Origin: Minutocellus sp. GHC0000111
Lineage: Eukaryota
Length of the DNA: 64,000 bases
Assembly (NCBI GenBank): GCA_977018835.1
Contig: OZ361259.1
Location: forward strand, 310,001 to 374,000
Direction: 5' to 3'
Shown: positions 59,217 through 64,000 of the stretch, piece after piece
How positions within the stretch are numbered: position 1 is the stretch's first letter
Layout: each line of letters begins with the position of its first letter
Notes under the pieces: generated by a model
Seen by the model: the letters and a program-made list of their open reading frames with translations, nothing else
What the model was told of the DNA's origin: nothing
Databases searched by the model: none
Position numbers and translations under genes: made by a program

Positions 59217-60694
59217 ATGACCGACGAAAAGAAGCTAACGCAGCACGAAAAGGACCACCCGTACGGCACCACGTTGTTGGCGAGGGTGAGTCAAATTAGC
59301 AAATCACTGCACATTTTTTTACGTGTTGAGACTGCAGTGCCATACAATCTCACCCTCCGTTCTATATCTTTAATGCTCTTACATCTCGCCAGGACAAACC
59401 GGAGAACCGAAAGCAGTGGGGAGACAACATTGGATACATCGACGTTGAACCATCGGAATGCGACCCCGAGACCGGCAAATGTCCGTACTACACCTACAAG
59501 GCCGACGCCACCCGCGAGGGCGGGGCGCTGGAAACCCCCATCCACATGCTCATCGCCTCGTTCCGCGACCAGCTGTGTCCCCGCACGCTGCACAATGCCT
59601 TCAACCGGGCCGAGAATCCCCACCGCATCTACATACGCGTCATTGAGCAGACCGAGGAGGGGTCGGACCTCATCGACGATGCCGGTTGCTGGGCCCGCTA
59701 CTGCGAGGACTACAACACCAACTGCCAGGAGTACAAGGACAACGTCCGCACGGTCCACGTCAATGCCAAGGATGCCAAGGGCCCGACCGACGCCAGGTCC
59801 AAGCTCAGTGCCATGGTCAACTACGACTACGTCCACCGGGACGAGCCCGACCAGCTCGACTTTCACAGGGTGGAATTGCAGGACTTTTGCATGCAGATTG
59901 ATTCGCATATGGACTTTTCCGACAACTACGATACGGAGCTCATATTCATGTGGCACCGGACCGAGAATGACTATGCCGTGTTGAGCACGTACGTGGCCGA
60001 CATTTCGCAGAACAATCAGGGCATCCGAGTTGTGCCCAATCTATGCATGGTGACTTTCACTTCGACCATACGGAATTGGGGAACGAAGGAATGTCGGAAT
60101 ATGATCCGACCCAAGATGACCAATGCCATGTGGGGAGCGGGACTTTCCTTCCACCGATGTCACGCCGAACTGAATGTCCCGGTAGACCCGTATCTGGACG
60201 GAGTGTTCGATGGAGAGGAGGGTAGCCGTGGACTGCGATTCTTCACCCACGGATACGACGTTTATGCACCGGACGTGGTTTTGGTAACGCACGATTATCA
60301 CACTCATCAGGGCAACCCGGTGGTCCATACCTGGGGACGCCATCGTGGTGCGGAAGCCGATGGTGATGAGAAAGAAAAAGTATTCAAGTTCCGAGAGGAT
60401 ATCGAACGAGAGAGATCCAAAGTGCAGACCAAGGGCACGAAACGAGTGAACATGATGCTGGGCATTGGCCATTCTAGGTGGAATGAACAAGAGGAGGCAG
60501 AGATTGAGCAGATTCGCAAGAGTCGTTACGGCATTGGTAACAAACGGACATTGGAGCAGGCCAGCAAGTTTTCTGGTATTGACCTTGCTGGGAAGAAGAT
60601 GGTGGAAAATAAGTGCGGTAATCTCAAGTGGGTTCCGTTTGCCAAGAGTCCTGATTATGGCGTCGGAGAAACTCTATCGTCTTTAAGTATCTAG
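59217..60694 (+). CDS. GT60-like GlcNAc transferase (Skp1 Gnt1-related); intron 59286-59392
   Basis: IASFRDQLC, AKGPTDAR, MQIDSHMDF, WGAGLSF and FDGEE...RFFTHGYDVYAP motifs. Confidence 0.85.
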
Positions 60695-60698
60695 CTAG

Positions 60699-62372
60699 CT
60701 AGTGCGTAGCAGCTGACATAGCCAACACCTTCAAATCTTTCATGATATCACACACAGCAAAAGAGCGATCAGCGTGCGAATCTACACCCACAATATGCCG
60801 TCTCTGCGCCAAATCATCTTTGCCCTCGGGTTCCTCGTCATCTTCATCAAAACCATGCACGACATTGCAAGGCATTTCCAGTGTCAAAAAGTCATATTGG
60901 TTGCTTGCACTTTCTCTTCTGCTGCCGCCGGCCTCACTGGAAGGAGTCGACACATGCTTCTTTACCGTCAAAACAATTTTGCACGTTGTAGCTACCTTGA
61001 CCAGATCAGTGTGCATACTAATGGGACAGCCCAACGGCAAGCAAATGCCAAGGGAGACCGAGTCGGTACATCCGGGCTCAACGCGAACGTGTGAAGAATC
61101 AAAGGCATACGATCGCGTCCGGCGGCTGGTGCCGTCTTCGTTGAGTGCATACTCCTCGCCGTGAAGGAATGCCGAAACTCTGTAGCACGGAAGGAGGGAG
61201 GTGGAGGAATCCTTTTCACTGGTACCACCATCGCCTTCTGCGGTGGATGATCTTCTTCGCAGTACTACATCTTCGGCAAAGTCGCAGCGGATCATCGCTG
61301 TCCCTCCAGGTCGCATGGTGGTCGTCCCCACGAGCGTCAGGACGCAGCACGGTATGCCATCTTGATTGACAATTCGCAACGATTTGACGTCGGAGCTCCC
61401 ACCAGCCGTTGAGCACAGACCAAAGTCTCGATCGACCGATAACTTGGCTGGCTGATGAAATTCGGTGGGAGGCACGTAGCGTATTGGTTGAATTGTAGTC
61501 GTTCCTTGATTGCCATCATCTTGACCAACGCCAGCAGTTGCATCGGCATTGGCATTGGGATGGCAGCGCGACATTACTTCCAATGTGCCAACCTTGACCC
61601 TGGCTCCCAGCGAATTGTGCCCACCCGACAATGCACCGATGCCTCCATATGGACACTGAGTGACAGCAAAGGGAGCCTGTACCAGTATGGTTTCATCGCC
61701 TTCGTATGGCCCAGTCTCGATGCAAACAACCGCCGAATAAAAGTACCGTGCCGTTGCTGTTGACGCCGACGGCGGGGCATCATCGGGCAACGTCGATCGG
61801 AACGTAAAGGCCATCTCACGCCGTTGGCGCTTCTTCCCACCCGACTGTGCTGCATCTCCATTTTCGGCACTGCCACCGCCACTGCCCGCGGCCAGCAGAT
61901 CGACGACGTTGGTGGCATAGAAGCACACCGTCTGTCCCCCCTCCAGGTGCACCCCGTCGGCGCAGTCGCCAAAGACCGACCGGACGGCCCGGTCCTCCGC
62001 CCCCTCGGGCAGGTGGTGCGGGCTGGCCAAGGCCGGATGACGCCCGTACAGGCCACGGAGACTGTCGGCGTCGTGCCAGCGCGGATCGATCCGGGCGTGG
62101 CCCGACAGGTACAGCCTTGCCGAGTGGGGGTGAAACTCATTGGCATTGTTGGTGCTGTTGGCATCATCGTCCCAGGATAGGTGGACGGTACCAACGACGA
62201 CTCCTCCGGCACGATATCTTGGTCGGGACAGGTGGAGCCTCACGTCGACGAGATCGGGGGCTGCTGATGCTGGTCCGTGCGACTGGTGCTGATTCTTGTG
62301 CTGGGCGACAGTATGCGTGTTTGCCGCCGCCTGGCGGATATCTGGTTTATTGCCACTGTCGGTCATCGTCAT
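60699..62372 (-). CDS. RGP1-like (arrestin-fold) protein
   Basis: YRAGGVVVGTV, YLSGHARIDPRW, FRSTLPDDAPPS...ARYFY and LPLGCPISMHTDLV patterns typical of Rgp1/arrestin-like proteins. Confidence 0.6.
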   Translation of the reverse strand: MTMTDSGNKPDIRQAAANTHTVAQHKNQHQSHGPASAAPDLVDVRLHLSRPRYRAGGVVVGTVHLSWDDDANSTNNANEFHPHSARLYLSGHARIDPRWHDADSLRGLYGRHPALASPHHLPEGAEDRAVRSVFGDCADGVHLEGGQTVCFYATNVVDLLAAGSGGGSAENGDAAQSGGKKRQRREMAFTFRSTLPDDAPPSASTATARYFYSAVVCIETGPYEGDETILVQAPFAVTQCPYGGIGALSGGHNSLGARVKVGTLEVMSRCHPNANADATAGVGQDDGNQGTTTIQPIRYVPPTEFHQPAKLSVDRDFGLCSTAGGSSDVKSLRIVNQDGIPCCVLTLVGTTTMRPGGTAMIRCDFAEDVVLRRRSSTAEGDGGTSEKDSSTSLLPCYRVSAFLHGEEYALNEDGTSRRTRSYAFDSSHVRVEPGCTDSVSLGICLPLGCPISMHTDLVKVATTCKIVLTVKKHVSTPSSEAGGSRRESASNQYDFLTLEMPCNVVHGFDEDDEEPEGKDDLAQRRHIVGVDSHADRSFAVCDIMKDLKVLAMSAATH

Positions 62373-62691
62373 CAACGGAGATCGACCGAGAATGTGCCAG
62401 GTGCTCACCAGCACATCTCGTGGGAGGTTTATTGAAATACAAAAATACTTTTGGTTTTTCAGAAAATGAGGTCTCAAGCATGCTAAAAAGCAGTACATAA
62501 AATTTGAACAGACCTAAACTCCCATCACAGAGCTGACGATGCCCAGCCGCCGCTTCAGGTTGGCGCTCCCTCCACTTATTTGATTCGATTCGATTCATTC
62601 GTTCAAGTCCCATAGCTACAACATCACGTCAACTCACCAGACCAGCTGCTCTCTCGAAATCGCTCTGACAAACAAAGCAAAAATAAATAAG

Positions 62692-63257
62692 ATGAGCAAT
62701 CGCAATGCCGACGTGGAGGCGGCCAGCCTCCTGAACAACCGGCGGCAGGGGCAGGGGAACGCAGCAGCCGCAGATGGCAATGGTGGCCCACCAGTCCAGG
62801 CCGTTGGGACTCTCCCCCCAACCACCCGTACCACAAAATGAAGCGCACGGCGATAATGGGTGCCGCCATCTGGGGCCTGCACGAGTTTGGCGTCTATCAT
62901 GCCGTCCTGCGCAGTCCGGACGTGTCGCACGAGTGGTTCAAGGTCGGGCTGGGAGCATCGATTGCCATGCTCATTATCAAATCGTACGTCGAGCTATACG
63001 AAGGAAAGACGAGGAAACGACGGGTCAACTACGAGAACTACCGGCAGGTCACGCACGCGGTCATCCTTCTCATCCTCCTGGCGTCGGTGTCGTTCCATGC
63101 GGCTCTCTGGCCTCATTATGGTGGATTCAAAACCATTCTCATCATGATTATGTTTGGCTATGGGGTGTTGCTGCAGGCGGCATTGCTGGTACCGACCTGG
63201 GTGCAAAATTTGGTCGGAGCGGCCTTGATGACCTTCTTCATTCAGCAATATGCATAA
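62692..63257 (+). pseudogene. TMEM128-like 4-TM protein with a probable frameshift near 62830
   Basis: MSNRNADVEAASLL... N-terminus ends at TGA out of frame with the TM body (VNYENY, ALWPHYG); an internal ATG at 62838 could still give a shorter product. Confidence 0.55.
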
Positions 63258-63432
63258 GCAAGTGGATGGATAGATGGATGGATGGGCGACAGGTTACTTT
63301 TGATCGCTGGCCGTTACAACCTATATCATTATTCTAAAGGTTGGAGTTGTATCGTCTACTGAGCGCGGGCTTTTTAAGTGCACTGTGGCGCATTATTGAT
63401 AATATCAGTACTATCTAGCTACGTAGTGGTTG

Positions 63433-64000
63433 CTATTGCTCCCCGTTGCCTTCATGTACCAACACCGCCGGCATGTGACATCCATCATCCGGTCGATAAA
63501 TTGGTCGGGCAGTTCTCAGTGCTCCCGTCACGCCATAGCTCCACGCCTTGTGAATCACAACGGCATCGCTCTCCCCTATCAAATGTCAGTCCAGAAATCC
63601 TTCTGCCAAGTCTTCCACTGACGGATTCGCTTGCGTCTTGGTATGAGCCCCGCGAGAGGTCGTTGTTATCACTCGTCTAGCGTAGGTCTGACCTTTGCTT
63701 GATGTCAATTTCTCCCCACCAAATTTCGACTCGATGTCCCTTCGAACATATGGTGAATCACTAATCACATTCCAAACAATGCCAGTAAAACTACGATCCA
63801 ATGCAAAGGTGCCGTCGATGTAGTTTTTCTCAACTGTCTTGGCGCACTGGATGGACTTCTCCAAGTCAACTTCCATGCCTGCAATGTCTTTCGCCGACGA
63901 TTCCTCACCTGGCTTGGCATCGGCGCGACCAGTACGGTAATATACTGTGACTACCAGGTTGTTAGTATCCTGGAGTGCTGGGAAGATGTCGGATTGGAGT
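63433..64000 (-). pseudogene. 3' part of a fucosyltransferase-like gene with a nonsense codon at 63586-63588
   Basis: VTVYYRTG, WNVISDS and FLD*HLIGESD...SYGVTGALR; the TGA sits where Trp (TGG) is expected and the frame continues to TAG at 63433-63435. Confidence 0.65.

Noticed and set aside
1907..64000. Possible glycan-biosynthesis gene cluster (fucosyltransferases, sulfotransferase, GT60, lectin, cis-prenyltransferase, pyrophosphorylase)
   Set aside because: The genes are scattered among unrelated loci and belong to large families; nothing supports co-regulation.

Overview
Gene-dense eukaryotic nuclear DNA with short GT-AG introns and several bipartite (signal peptide + F-initial transit) presequences, consistent with a photosynthetic stramenopile, most likely a diatom (inferred). 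About 30 protein-coding loci are recognisable, including alpha-tubulin, isovaleryl-CoA dehydrogenase, ribokinase, Kae1/OSGEP, derlin, a PPEF-like phosphatase, a cis-prenyltransferase, two MFS paralogs and glycosyltransferases. Two things stand out. (1) A fully delimited 4,241-bp Kolobok-type DNA transposon (11274-15514; 17-bp perfect TIRs, TTAA duplication) carries a broken transposase and an intact convergent accessory ORF that appears to fuse an RPA70N-like OB fold to a KolX/P2X7-C-terminal-like domain. It is nested in a decayed nucleotidyltransferase-like ORF whose frame is restored if the element is removed. (2) Gene decay runs across the whole window: at least a dozen ordinary or housekeeping genes carry frameshifts, nonsense codons, deletions, start loss or truncation, suggesting a degenerating haplotype, homeolog or non-recombining region. 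Also present are two MITEs (one hAT-type with an 8-bp TSD), an interstitial (TTAGGG)4 next to a probable start codon, a 29-bp-arm hairpin, several tandem duplications, and a small membrane protein with three KCPV heme-regulatory-like repeats. All family calls come from motif recognition by eye; no searches were run.
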